Shown here: positions 37,558 to 49,077 of the stretch, one piece after another
How positions within the stretch are numbered: the first letter of the stretch is position 1
Layout: each line of letters starts with the position of its first letter
From: Nemertoderma westbladi
Lineage: Eukaryota; Animalia; Xenacoelomorpha
Direction: 5' to 3'
Assembly: GCA_032718475.1 (NCBI GenBank)
Contig: JAUCBJ010006695.1
Span: 62,001-126,000 of the forward strand
DNA length: 64,000 nt
Program-made: the position numbers and the translations under genes
Notes under the pieces: generated by a model
The model's input: the letters and a program-made list of their open reading frames with translations, nothing else
Told to the model about the DNA's origin: nothing
Database searches by the model: none

Positions 37558-39039
37558 TTATTCGAACCTTGAAATGGCACGAATTTTATATGATTTAGGA
37601 ATTCGCGTTCCACCGCAACGTTCCACTTCCCCCAATTTAAGTTCTCCCTCTCCCACAAAAGTGAACGAGTGGATCAAATGGCTGCTAAATAAATTTAACT
37701 CCATGATAGCTAATCGCTGACCAGCACAAGACCTCGCCCCAACTCCAAATGGAAGAAAATGATCGGGTTTGATCACCGCCGACCCATCTGCTGTCAGGAA
37801 ATGTTCTGGGTAGAATTCCGAAGGCCTGGCCCAGATAGCAGGGTCTCTCAGCAGGGCCCAGATATTTATCACAATCATGTCACTGGGCAGGATAGTAACG
37901 GAGTCGATGATTACATCATGAGGTACTTTACGAGGGATATCTGTTGGGACAAGCACGCTAAATCGTAGAACCTCCAGTAGACAAGCCTCGTAATATGGTA
38001 ACTTGGAGAGGTCCTCGAGATTTGGTAGTCGGTCTCTGCCAACCTCGGAATCTAGGAGACTCTGACATTTACTCTGAACATCAGGATGAGTGGCTAGAAT
38101 TAGTATGAACCAGTAGAGTGCGCTACTTGTGGTCTCACTGCCTGCAAGGAAGAGGTCTCTAATTGATTCGGAAAGATTCAAATCATTGTAGTACTCAGCT
38201 GTTTTGGTATCTAGAGAATCTAAATACTTCTTCTCTTCCATGAGATGCGCATCTATGTAATCCCTGGGAGTGGAGGAATAATCGATGGTCTCCCGATGAT
38301 GAACTATATGTTTCTGACAAACTTGAGCCATGTTTGCAAACAGTTTGTGGGGATTGGAATTGTCACCAACCAAGGCATTAACAATGAACTTTGGAAGGAT
38401 GTAGATCATTACAAAAATACGAACAGATCGATGTACCAGATGTAGGAGATATATAAACTCAGGATCATCATATTCGAAACGATTTCCGAACACGATTCCA
38501 CTGATAATATTAGAAACTGATTTGCTAAACATCATAAAGGGGTCAAAGGGAGAACCTTCTTGATCCTCCATCCAGCGGCATAGGTAGGTCGCTTCTTCTG
38601 CAACACGTTGCTCGAATGATATTTTCCCAAGATAGAATTGTCGCATCACTGACATGAATAACTTCCTTTGATGGTACCATGTAGGCCCTGTGGACAAAAT
38701 AATTCCTCGTTTAGTGATAAAGCTGGTGCGCCCAGAGAACAGATTGCTTTTCTCCATATACGCTTGTCGAATCACGGGTAGGGAATTCAGCACTATTATG
38801 CTTCGGCCTGGGACCCGCACCTGAATAATATTTGACGAGAGTTCTTTGCTCCAATTCAAAAATATCATGACTAATGAATATTTGGACCACCAGGCACTGA
38901 TCAAATTTCCCAGGATTGGCACACCATGGGGTGAAGGGGGTCTCCGCTTTCCTTGGGTGAAATTAGTAAAGCGATAATAATAACATATATAGGCTGACAT
39001 TGTCGCAATACAGAATATTAAAATGGTGATTATATCCAT
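37558..39039 (-). CDS. Cytochrome P450, clan 2 (CYP2-like), intronless CDS, copy A
   Basis: N-terminal TM anchor, PPSP hinge, WxxxR, I-helix AGSETT, ExxR (EVLR), PEHF, heme motif FGVGARSCAG. Start MDIIT chosen by alignment with copy B (an upstream in-frame ATG exists at 39075). Confidence 0.95.
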   Translation of the reverse strand: MDIITILIFCIATMSAYICYYYRFTNFTQGKRRPPSPHGVPILGNLISAWWSKYSLVMIFLNWSKELSSNIIQVRVPGRSIIVLNSLPVIRQAYMEKSNLFSGRTSFITKRGIILSTGPTWYHQRKLFMSVMRQFYLGKISFEQRVAEEATYLCRWMEDQEGSPFDPFMMFSKSVSNIISGIVFGNRFEYDDPEFIYLLHLVHRSVRIFVMIYILPKFIVNALVGDNSNPHKLFANMAQVCQKHIVHHRETIDYSSTPRDYIDAHLMEEKKYLDSLDTKTAEYYNDLNLSESIRDLFLAGSETTSSALYWFILILATHPDVQSKCQSLLDSEVGRDRLPNLEDLSKLPYYEACLLEVLRFSVLVPTDIPRKVPHDVIIDSVTILPSDMIVINIWALLRDPAIWARPSEFYPEHFLTADGSAVIKPDHFLPFGVGARSCAGQRLAIMELNLFSSHLIHSFTFVGEGELKLGEVERCGGTRIPKSYKIRAISRFE

Positions 39040-41381
39040 TGCGCAGTACAATACATACAGTATCACGAATAGCATATATTAATTATTACTATTTTTAATA
39101 AACCCAAATACTGTAAAAGTCTAAAGCCTAATACTCTAAACTGCCTATGGGAAAAATAAATAATAACCAATTACTGCTTTTTCCTGTGACATTAAGTTCA
39201 TCAATAAGAGATGATTATTGGCTGATAGAAGTAAATTAAATATCAAAAGGTGAAAAAGAAATAATTATTAGTTTTCATGTACTGGTACGGTACTGTACTG
39301 TAATACATAATTAATTCTTAAATTATCTTCCATCATTTTGAAATTGTGTTTCAATGAACCCCCGCGCCCCTCCTGCTCCTTTCTTATATCATCTATAGGG
39401 CCTAATGTTTATTGGTACTGGTATTAGCGGTATAAGTACCCGTGCAAACTGTCCGATAGGGGATAGAGGTAGGCACTGACTGACTGACAGTACAGTGTAC
39501 ACGTACAGAGGTAGAGGTTTACAGTAGTTGCTATCACTATACATACAGTACAGTATGTTAGCCTATAATGATTGATTGTACTGTATGTTTCACTTTTTAC
39601 TGTACAAGCCTCAAGTGTGTTGTTATTTAAAACTGCAGCTACAGTATCACTGCTATCTGAGGCAGTAGTATGGGTATGCAGTTAGCAGTTTCAGTTGACA
39701 TCTGAGCTTACGATAGCACTGACAACTTTGTCGGGCAGTATCGCAGTACTTATTTCTCCAAAAAGTAACTCCTATGTATTTCTTTTTATCCAACCTAGTA
39801 AACTAGACATAAAGCGCATTCAAAATAATGTAAACTAAAACTATTGTAAAGGAAGATTATATTACTTAGGCAGATTCTGTATAATGTATGTTAGTTGATT
39901 CACAATAGATTCTTATAACAAAGAATAGGCTTGAATATAAAACTATATATTGAGCGATATTGATAAATCCGATTGTAATAACTATTGACGAATATATAAT
40001 AAACAATTAATAGCCAAACACCAATGAACACAACTTTCGAAACCAAGGCGTCACGCACAAGTCAACGTTAGTCGGGCCAATGATAAAAGACTATAACTAC
40101 CGATGCCCTAGTAGCATACGGTAGGTTTAACTATAAGTACAGCAGTATCGCTTACCAGTACTGAGTAACACGTAAACTCATAAGTAAAAAGATAATCTAC
40201 CGCGGTACTCGCTGATAAGCTAATTCAAAATTCCCTCTCACAATGTAGACTTTCCTTATACAGTACAGTATTATGAAATCTTAATTGTGTGTGGTTACCT
40301 ACAGTATAATGCCAATTTTATCATGTAGGGCCTATCTATAGCTAATGGGATAATCCGTGCCAAATACTGTAACAATTACCACTCCAAGTAGAGGATTATT
40401 TTAAGATTACAGTATGCCTATATAATGTACATGACCGTAGATGATAATAGGCCTACATATTTTCATTAATTATATTTAACTATTATTAATTAACAAGATT
40501 AATCAGTGAATTTACTTATCAAATAGCTTAAAATGTTTTTAAGGTTTGTGCCTTTTTGCTTTGGAAAGTACATCAGTAAATTTGATTTTCCCTCCAGGCT
40601 CCTGGATTACAGTACAGTACCAGTACAACAATAAATTTGCAACCAGGGACCCTGAGAGTTTGTGTACACTGTCAACCCAAATAGAAACCTTCTCCTCAAA
40701 GGCTGTTCTTTTAGTCCCAATTAACACCCCAATCTAACAACACTTAAGGGCCTACTGATTGATTATATTGAGTCCACTTTTTCCGAAAACCTCAATGGCT
40801 GAATGGCATCCTCCTGTCAACTGTGCTTTACTCAATGATCTTGGCTGTTCTGTATGGTAGCCAAAATGTATACCAGAAGGAACCACTATTACTAGCAAAT
40901 ACCGTAAGTTCACCAGCTGAGGAACCTTTGCTTCCATCCCAGCATTGTCATTGGTTGTGAGGCAGGGTTAATTTAACGTTGATTCCAGGGGTTAGTTAGA
41001 AAAGTGCATTGGTGAGCTTAATGGAGTTCTGAACATGGAGTTGGATAGACATGTATTGCAGGGGCAGTACATAATATGCGAGGTTGGACACCAGCAAATG
41101 GCGGATCAACTCCCCACACTTTTGGTTAAGGTTTGAATTTACCTCCTCCAAGGCTGTTTGGCAGGGGATGGTACAGCACCACCCCCCCCCCCCCCTGCCA
41201 TTGGGATGCACTCGTGGTTGTGTAATTGTCATGCACTAGTATTATTAAGTCAGCAAGCTTTTAGTGTAAAGATGACAGATCACACCTACCGTGCTGCCTC
41301 AGGTGGCAGACATTTTGTGCCTCATGATTGGTCAGGAGCATATTCCAGACTGCGGATCACATTAGCATTCTTCATCTAGAC

Positions 41382-41975
41382 TATGAGGCGCCGTTAACGC
41401 AATAATATCAATTTCAATCAATATCAATAATATATCAATATCAATATCAATAATAGCAATAATATTAAAGGTTTTAAAAAGAATATTAGAGAATTTCAAA
41501 ACATATTTTCGGCCGAAATTTCGGCCGAAATAATTTGTTACATTTTTTCAGCTCTTTCATTTGATATCATTTTCGGCCGAAATTTCGACCGAAATTTCGG
41601 CCGAAATATTTTATTACATTTTTTCAGCTCTTTCATTTGATGTCATTTTCGGCCGAAATTTCGACCGAAATTTCGGCCGAAATATTTTGTTACATTTTTT
41701 TCAGCTCTTTCATTTGATGTCATTTTCGGCTAAGAGCTGAAAAAATGTAATAAAATATTTCATTTGATGTCATTTTCGGCAAAGAGCTGAAAAAATGTAA
41801 TAAAATATTTCGGCCGAAATTTCGGCCGAAAATGATATCAAATGAAAGAGCTGAAAAAATGTAACAAAATATTTCGGCCGAAATTTCGGCCGAAAATATG
41901 TTTTGAAATTCTCTAATATTCTTTTTAAAACATTTAATATTATTGCTGACCTTTTGGCGTTAACGGCGCCTCATA
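41382..41975. mobile_element. Palindromic MITE with TAT...ATA termini and a 6-bp TSD (IS3EU-like)
   Basis: TIR TATGAGGCGCCGTTAACGC; TSD CTAGAC at 41376-41381 and 41976-41981; interior is a long imperfect palindrome of TTTCGGCCGAAA repeats. Confidence 0.85.
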
Positions 41976-42410
41976 CTAGACTTGCCTGTTTATGTCAATA
42001 TCCTCAATTGGCAGATGTAAACCCCGGTCCATCACCTCTGGGGTCATAAACCTTCTGTATAGGGTATGTCACCTCTAGCATACTTTACATTTTAGGCCAG
42101 TTCATATATCGTATTTAGATCTTTTGATTTGGATGCGGATTTGGATCTGTGGTTCTGAGGTATGTTTAGAATCCCAACTTTGGTGTAGATTGAAATGTGT
42201 ATCCATTGATCGACTAATCCTGTGTGACACTTATTCAGGGATTAGTGCCTACACCAACCCCTCGGTTCGGTATAATGGGAACCTGGCACTTCTGGGGAAA
42301 AATAATGCATGCGCTCTGATTAAGACTGGATGGCCTTTAAAGGTGCATACAATAACAAATATTAAATTTAATTTTTTTTGTTGTTGTTATTATATAGTAT
42401 ATACTGCAGA

Positions 42411-43871
42411 ATGGATGTTATCACTATTTTAATATTTTGTATATCCTCAATTACAAGCTATATATGTTATTATCATTTCACTAAAAACCGCAGACCACCA
42501 TCACCAACTGGAGTGCCAATCCTGGGCAATTTAATCAGCGTGTGGTGGGCCAAACATTCACTGGGTGTGATGTATTGGAAATGGAGCAAAGAACTATCCT
42601 CCAATATAATTCGGGTGCGTGTCCCAGGCCAAAATATAATAGTACTGAATTCCCTACCCGTGATTCGACAAGCGTATATCGAGCGAAGCAATCTGTTCTC
42701 CGGGCGGAAGGGCACTATCACTGAACAAGGAATTATTATGTCCACAGGGCCTATGTGGCACCATCAAAGAAAGTTGTTCATGTCAGTGATGCGACAATTC
42801 TATCTTGGGAAAATATTATTCGAGCAACGTGTTGCAGAAGAAGCGACCTACCTATGCCGCTGGATTGAGGATCAAGAAGGTTCTCCCTTTGACCCCTTTG
42901 TGATGTTTAGCAAATCTGTTTCTAATATTATCAGTGGAATTGTATTTGGAAATCGTTTCGAATATGATGATCCTGAGTTCATTTATCTCCTACAACTGTT
43001 ACACCAATCAATTCGTATTTTCGTATTGCTCTATGCTCTTCCAAAGTTCATTGTTGATGCCTTGGTTAGTGACAATTCCAATCCTCACAAATTGTTCGCA
43101 AACATGGCTCAAGTTTGTCAAAAACATATAGTTCATCATCGGGAGACCATCGATTATTCCTCCACTCCCAGGGATTACATAGATGCGCATCTCATGGAAG
43201 AGAAGAAGTATTTAGATTCTCTAGATACCAAAACCGCTGACTACTACAATGATTTGAATCTTTCCGAATCAATTAGAGACCTCTTCCTTGCAGGCAGTGA
43301 GACCACAAGTAGCGCACTCTACTGGTTCATACTAATTCTAGCCACTCATCCTGATGTTCAGAGTAAATGTCAAAGTCTCCTAGATTCCGAGGTAGGCAGA
43401 GACCGACTACCAAATCTCACCGACCTCTCCAAGTTACCATATTACGAAGCTTGTCTACTGGAGGTTCTTCGATATGGGGTTATCCTGCCCTCGGATATCA
43501 GTCGTAAAGTCCCACGTCATGTGACTATCGATTCTTTCACTATCCTGCCTAGTGATGTGGTCTTGATAAATATCTGGGCCCTGCTGAGAGACCCTGCTGT
43601 CTGGGCCAGGCCTACAGAATTTTACCCAGAACATTTCCTGACAGCAGATGGGTCGGCTGTGGTCAAACCCGATCATTTCCTTCCATTTGGAGTTGGGGCG
43701 AGGTCTTGTGCTGGTCAGCGATTGGCTATCATGGAGTTTCGGATATTTAGTAGCCATTTGATCCACTCATTCACTTTTGTGGGAGAGGGAGAATTTCAAT
43801 TGGGGGAAGTCGAACACGGTGTAACACGAATTCCTAAATCATATAAAATTCATGCTTTTTCAAGGTTCTAA
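42411..43871 (+). CDS. Cytochrome P450, clan 2 (CYP2-like), intronless CDS, copy B
   Basis: Same P450 motifs as copy A; first ATG (MDVIT) at 42411; highly similar paralogue in divergent orientation. Confidence 0.95.
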   Translation: MDVITILIFCISSITSYICYYHFTKNRRPPSPTGVPILGNLISVWWAKHSLGVMYWKWSKELSSNIIRVRVPGQNIIVLNSLPVIRQAYIERSNLFSGRKGTITEQGIIMSTGPMWHHQRKLFMSVMRQFYLGKILFEQRVAEEATYLCRWIEDQEGSPFDPFVMFSKSVSNIISGIVFGNRFEYDDPEFIYLLQLLHQSIRIFVLLYALPKFIVDALVSDNSNPHKLFANMAQVCQKHIVHHRETIDYSSTPRDYIDAHLMEEKKYLDSLDTKTADYYNDLNLSESIRDLFLAGSETTSSALYWFILILATHPDVQSKCQSLLDSEVGRDRLPNLTDLSKLPYYEACLLEVLRYGVILPSDISRKVPRHVTIDSFTILPSDVVLINIWALLRDPAVWARPTEFYPEHFLTADGSAVVKPDHFLPFGVGARSCAGQRLAIMEFRIFSSHLIHSFTFVGEGEFQLGEVEHGVTRIPKSYKIHAFSRF

Positions 43872-44270
43872 CAGAATTTACTTCCAATAATTAAATCACA
43901 CTTTATGCCTTCCTTTAGTCCTTTCGGATCCATAGGGAAGCAAAGAATGTGAAGTCTTTTCACTGTTGACTGACCATCAAAGTGCTAAATGCGGGTTGCT
44001 GTATCAATTTAACAACTGGTGACATTTGTCGAGGACCGCTAATACTGCAATACAACCCAGAATTAGTGTGGTGGGATACTTACATTAGGCCTACAGTATG
44101 CAACCAAAGAATATAGGAAGGAAATATTAAACTCACTAGGATTGTACTATATTATTTAATAATAATTTTCTTATCATCACAATTAAATTAAGTCTCAAAG
44201 CGGTTTTGAACTTCTACTGTGTAGGCATCCTTAACTCGTTTCATTAATTACCAAATAATTGTACTGTAAA

Positions 44271-44880
44271 AGCCAATCAGTGTAGCTCATTACTATTATA
44301 CAGTAGTTTGTAATAGCCAATCAGTGTAGTTCATTACTATTATACTGTAGTCTGTAATAGCCAATCAGTGTAGTTCATTACTATTATACTGTAGTTTGTA
44401 ATAGCCAATCAGTGTAGTTCATTACTATTATTCTGTAGTTTGTAATAGCCAATCAGTGTAGTTCATTACTATTATACTGTAGTTTGTAATAGCAAATCAG
44501 TGTAGTTCATTACTATTATACTGTAGTTTGTAATAGCCAATCAGTGTAGTTCATTACTATTATACTGTAGTTTATAATAGCCAATCAGTGTAGTTCATTA
44601 CTATTATAATGTAGTTTGTAATAGCCAATCAGTGTAGTTCATTACCATTATACTGTAGTTTGTAATAGCCAATCAGTGTAGTTCATTACTATTATACTGT
44701 AGTTTATAATAGCCAATCAGTGTAGTTCATTACTATTATACTGTAGTTTGTAATAGCCAATCAGTGTAGTTCATTACTATTATACTGTAGTTTATAATAG
44801 CCAATCTTGTAGTTCATTACTATTATACTGTAGTTTACAATAGCCAATCAGTGTAGTTCATTACTATTATACTGTAGTTT
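44271..44880. repeat. Minisatellite, 44-bp unit AGCCAATCAGTGTAGTTCATTACTATTATACTGTAGTTTGTAAT, ~14 copies
   Basis: Direct periodicity (44271, 44315, ...). Confidence 0.95.
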
Positions 44881-44910
44881 ATATCTATAGACAATTAGTG
44901 TGTACGGTGT

Positions 44911-45262
44911 ACGGACAATTACGACCCGGACTATTCCGACCCGGACAATTTCAGACATACTAAGAGCTCGAATGAAATTTTCATGGGTCGGAATTGTTCG
45001 GATCCAGCATAGGACAATTCCGACCCCAAATAATTTAAAAATTATAATAATAATAAATAATAATTTTATTTAACATTACATTGTTTTATTATTCAACATA
45101 AGATTGCTGTGTGCATGGATATTTCTTTGTTCTAGGCACGTTTGCTATGTAATGTTAGAGTTATTCCGACCTAGGACAATTCCAACCCTGACAATTCCGA
45201 CCCATGAAAATTTCATTAGACCTTTGAATGGGTCGGAATTGTCCGGGTTGAAATTGTCCCAA
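44911..45262. mobile_element. MITE-like remnant with inverted GGACAATTCCGACCC modules
   Basis: Repeated GGACAATTCCGACCC motifs and their reverse complements GGGTCGGAATTGTCC; no clear TSD. Confidence 0.5.
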
Positions 45263-45628
45263 TCCTCGTCGATTCGTTCAGTCGTCGACGTAAGTCGGAC
45301 TCTTCCAACCGCACTCAAAGGTGGGTGGCCTGAGTGAGGCATGAGGAACTTGGCAGTGGCCCGCATTACGATCCGACCGACCGCCGTATTCCCAGTGTAG
45401 TAAATAGAATCTTACTGACAAGCAAGCAATTCCGTAGTATTTATTCCTCAGTTAATCGCATCTTGATGCCACTCGGCTGCTCGGGTCCAGATACATCGGA
45501 CTGTCGGAAGCTGTTTAGATGAAGAAGTTGTTTAGATGGCCTTGCAATCTGGTCGTTGGCAAGTTGCCAACGACCAACGACCTGAAGACGGTACCGGTAA
45601 CTCTGTACCACTGTAACTGTTAACAGTA

Positions 45629-46497
45629 CCGGTGTCACAAGGAAATCAGCCCCCCCTAGAATATGCCCCCCGGGGCATTATTTCCTAGGATATTATGTCC
45701 CCCCGGGCAATTTTTCCTAGGAAATTTAGCCCGGGGGGGCATTTTCTCCTTAGGAAATAATGCCTCCCCTCAGGAAAATTAGCCCCCCCCAAAAGTCTGA
45801 AAACTGGTACGATACCGGTCTGCTGGTAGCATATAGTTGGAAGAATAGTACGGTACCGGTCTGCCGGTAGGTAAGCAGGTAAGGCAGTAAGGGGATGTAG
45901 AACAGCATACTGAAGTATCTAAGTCAGTAGGCTACTGTAGTAAGTACTGGTATAACAGCAGTGCGAGTGTGTGGTGTTGTGTGGGCGCCGAGCAGCTCCA
46001 AGCTTTTTTAAGTCTGTAACCTGCTCCTTTCCCTGATTTGGTAAAGTGATTGTTTATTGTTTTGGTTAGAAAATCCCGCCTCTGTAACCTGCTCCTTTCT
46101 CTCAATTGGTAATGTTATCGTTTATTGTTTTGGTTAGAAAATCCCGTCTCTGTAACCTGCTCCTTTCCCTGATTTGCTAAAGTGACTGTTTATTGTTTTG
46201 GTTAGAAAATCCCGCCTCTGTAACCTGCTCCTTTCCCTCAATTAGTTAAATGATCGTTTATTGTTTTGGTTAGAAAGGCCTGCCTCTGTAACCTGATCCT
46301 TTCCTTCATTTGGTAAAGTGACTGTTTATTGTTTTGTATAATTTTTGTAAGTTTTAGTAGTAATAAGTTTTGTTTATTGTATAATTCAGGGGGGGCATTT
46401 TTTCCTAGGGAAATTTGCCCGGGGGGGCATTTTTTCCTAGGAAAATATGCCCCCCCGGGCACATTTCCCGGGGGGGCATATTTTCCTGTTACACCGG
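45629..46497. mobile_element. Non-autonomous TIR element with CCGGTG termini, flanked by TA
   Basis: Left TA|CCGGTGTCACAAGGAAA, right TTTTCCTGTTACACCGG|TA; subterminal GCCCCCC/TTCCTAGGAA modules; carries ~5 units of the ~67-bp repeat (46013-46335). Confidence 0.75.
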
Positions 46498-46509
46498 TAC
46501 CGTACTGTA

Positions 46510-46817
46510 ATCCTGTAGTCTCCTAGCAACCAGCTGATGCCAAGCCTAATAATTTTTGGGTAGATAAATTTATTATAACTGTAAGACAGTTACACAGATG
46601 CTGCACGAAGACCCCACGCAAATTCAACTTGGAAAATTTCTAAACTTTGGCCAGACTACATGTGTACCAAGTTTGGTTAAATTTCATTAACATTTGGCTG
46701 AGTTATTAACGTTTAAATTTGGACACGACAGAACGACAGAACAACAGATCGACAGACACACCGATTGAGTTAGTGGTACCTGTATGCTAAGCTCGCTTAC
46801 TTTCGTCGCTCGCCCCA
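46510..46817. repeat. Dispersed repeat, inverted copy of 4797-5220 lacking the RTE stub
   Basis: Reverse-complement match; single ATCGGTGTGTCT site. Confidence 0.85.
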
Positions 46818-49077
46818 CATTTCAAATTGCGAAATACAGTGTTATGGGATTCCTAACCACCAATACGATGTCTGAATTGGAAATTATTTGGGACGACACC
46901 GTTCCGGCTAAAAGTACCGTACATATGGCATTGCTTCAGCCCGAGAATGTTCCCTATACATATCAATAAGACTTATAATATAATAGTTACACCAGATCCA
47001 GTCATAAAGTAGGCTACGTTACGTACAAGGTAGGTGCTAAAATGCACAATGAGCAACAAAGAGCAACAACGAGCAATAATAAAGTACAACAACGAATAAC
47101 AATGAGCAACAACGAGCAACAACGAGCAATAATAAAGTACAACAACGAGTAACAATGAGCAACAATGAGCAATAACGAGCAATAATAAAGTACAACAAAG
47201 AGTAACAATGAGCAACAACGAGCAATAATAAAGTACAACAAAGAGTAACAATGAGCAATAATAAAGTACAACAAAGAGTAACAATGAGCAACATTACATT
47301 ACGGGCATCCTAAAACGTGTTAGCGCATTTGACAAAAAAAGACGTTTTTAATCTCCATTTTTATATATTTTGACTCTTTCCGATTGTTTAATAAACCATG
47401 TAAGAATGCGAGTAAAAACACCCAGTCTGAAACACTGAAACGGTAATTGCGCTAGTGTACCTTCAACGGAAGGCCGTTCTAGTGTATCACTCTATTCCCC
47501 TTTTCCCACTATTGTATTGATTTGCTCAATGTTTCGCTCAGTCTATTACGGTAATTAATCATCTATTATATTTCACAGCATACAGTACCGGGAGGGTGTG
47601 GCGGCACAATACAACAAGTAAATGTCTGACTAATTATTTATGTAAGGGCTCAAGTGTTGCAATTGGCCTAATTGGACAAAGTCTACTGAACGGAACCTTT
47701 GCTCAATTGACAGGACCCGTTGACCGGACCCATTGCCATTTAAAGGTAGAAAGGATCAGGCAGCAGATTAGTAAAGGACCAGGTTACAGAGGCGTGTTCA
47801 GGTGTTGGCGTTGGTGGGCACCAAAACAATAAACTAAAGTTAAGACATGTTACAAGATTATGGGTACGGGCACAAAAAGCTGAGGTAATAAGGGTCCGGT
47901 CAACACATGTAAAATATAAATCAAATATAAAGCTTCAACATATAAATAGAAATTTAATAGGCCTAAAGTAAATAACAAATTAAATACAAAATAGGCTTGG
48001 CCTACACGCCTACCCCATCCCCCAAGCTATACAGTAGTCTGTAATATAGAACGCTAGGCAGACTTCAGGACTGCCGGGCAATCAGGTAACTGTCCAAGTC
48101 CAACTGTATAAAATACAAAATAATAAGGCAGTGATTTTTTATGTCCTTTTATTTGACTTTTTTGTCCTCATTTTTTTACGAATTGTGCATAATGACTTTT
48201 GTTGTCCTTTTAATGACTTTTATTGTCCTTTTAATGACTTTTTATTTATGTACAGTACAGGCCACCAGAAAAAGCAGATTTCATCCAATGTGATCACATG
48301 TGAACACATTTGTTCAAGTCATCTGATTGGCAGGTTATGGCGAGTTATCTTCTAGCTCACACAGCAGGAGGCTAACTTGCTGGGACCGACAAAGGCTTAG
48401 TGTGCGGTGCGCCTGTATGTCTGATATCAGGTAGATGAGAGAGCCCCCAGGGCGTAACATTGCGGACATGGGCTGTATTGGTAGAGATAGAACTACATAC
48501 AAGACCACATGGAGGTTCATGGAGTGTATGGGAGTGGGTGGATGGGTATGTGGATGGAAGAGCCTAGACCATTGAATAATTAATTTAGTGCAGGGAGATG
48601 TCGCGCCATTAGTCTGACACCGAGAGGGCACAGAGAAAGACCAGAAGATGCCTCAACATCAATTATAATTTCACATATATTGGTTATGTTGCTGGAGGCC
48701 TCATTATGCCTGTCTGGCACCCCCCACCCCCCCCCCCCCTCCCAGAGGTTTGCAGAGGCAACTGGAATCTGGCAATACATTCTAGTGGTGTCGGGGCCTA
48801 AACATACAGACCCATGAAATCTAAGCTCAGGGGAATGAATGCACTACACAGCACATTATTAACTTAAATTCACGAGGTTCATTAATATTTAAATTTATAT
48901 TCAATAAATGTAAATATACAATAAGGTAATGAACGTGAAAATAAAATCACAACCCTATAGGTTATAGTGCTTACGTATTATTGGACATATACCATAATGT
49001 ACCCTATCAACATAATCATAATCTATCTAATCGGATTTAAATTATACCATTAATTAATTAAGTTTCACAATAGTAAG

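Noticed and set aside
40550-42350. Decayed coding-like sequence between the P450 genes (also 11850-12110 and 8420-8830)
   Set aside because: More balanced composition but many stops and no motif I can identify; needs a translated search.
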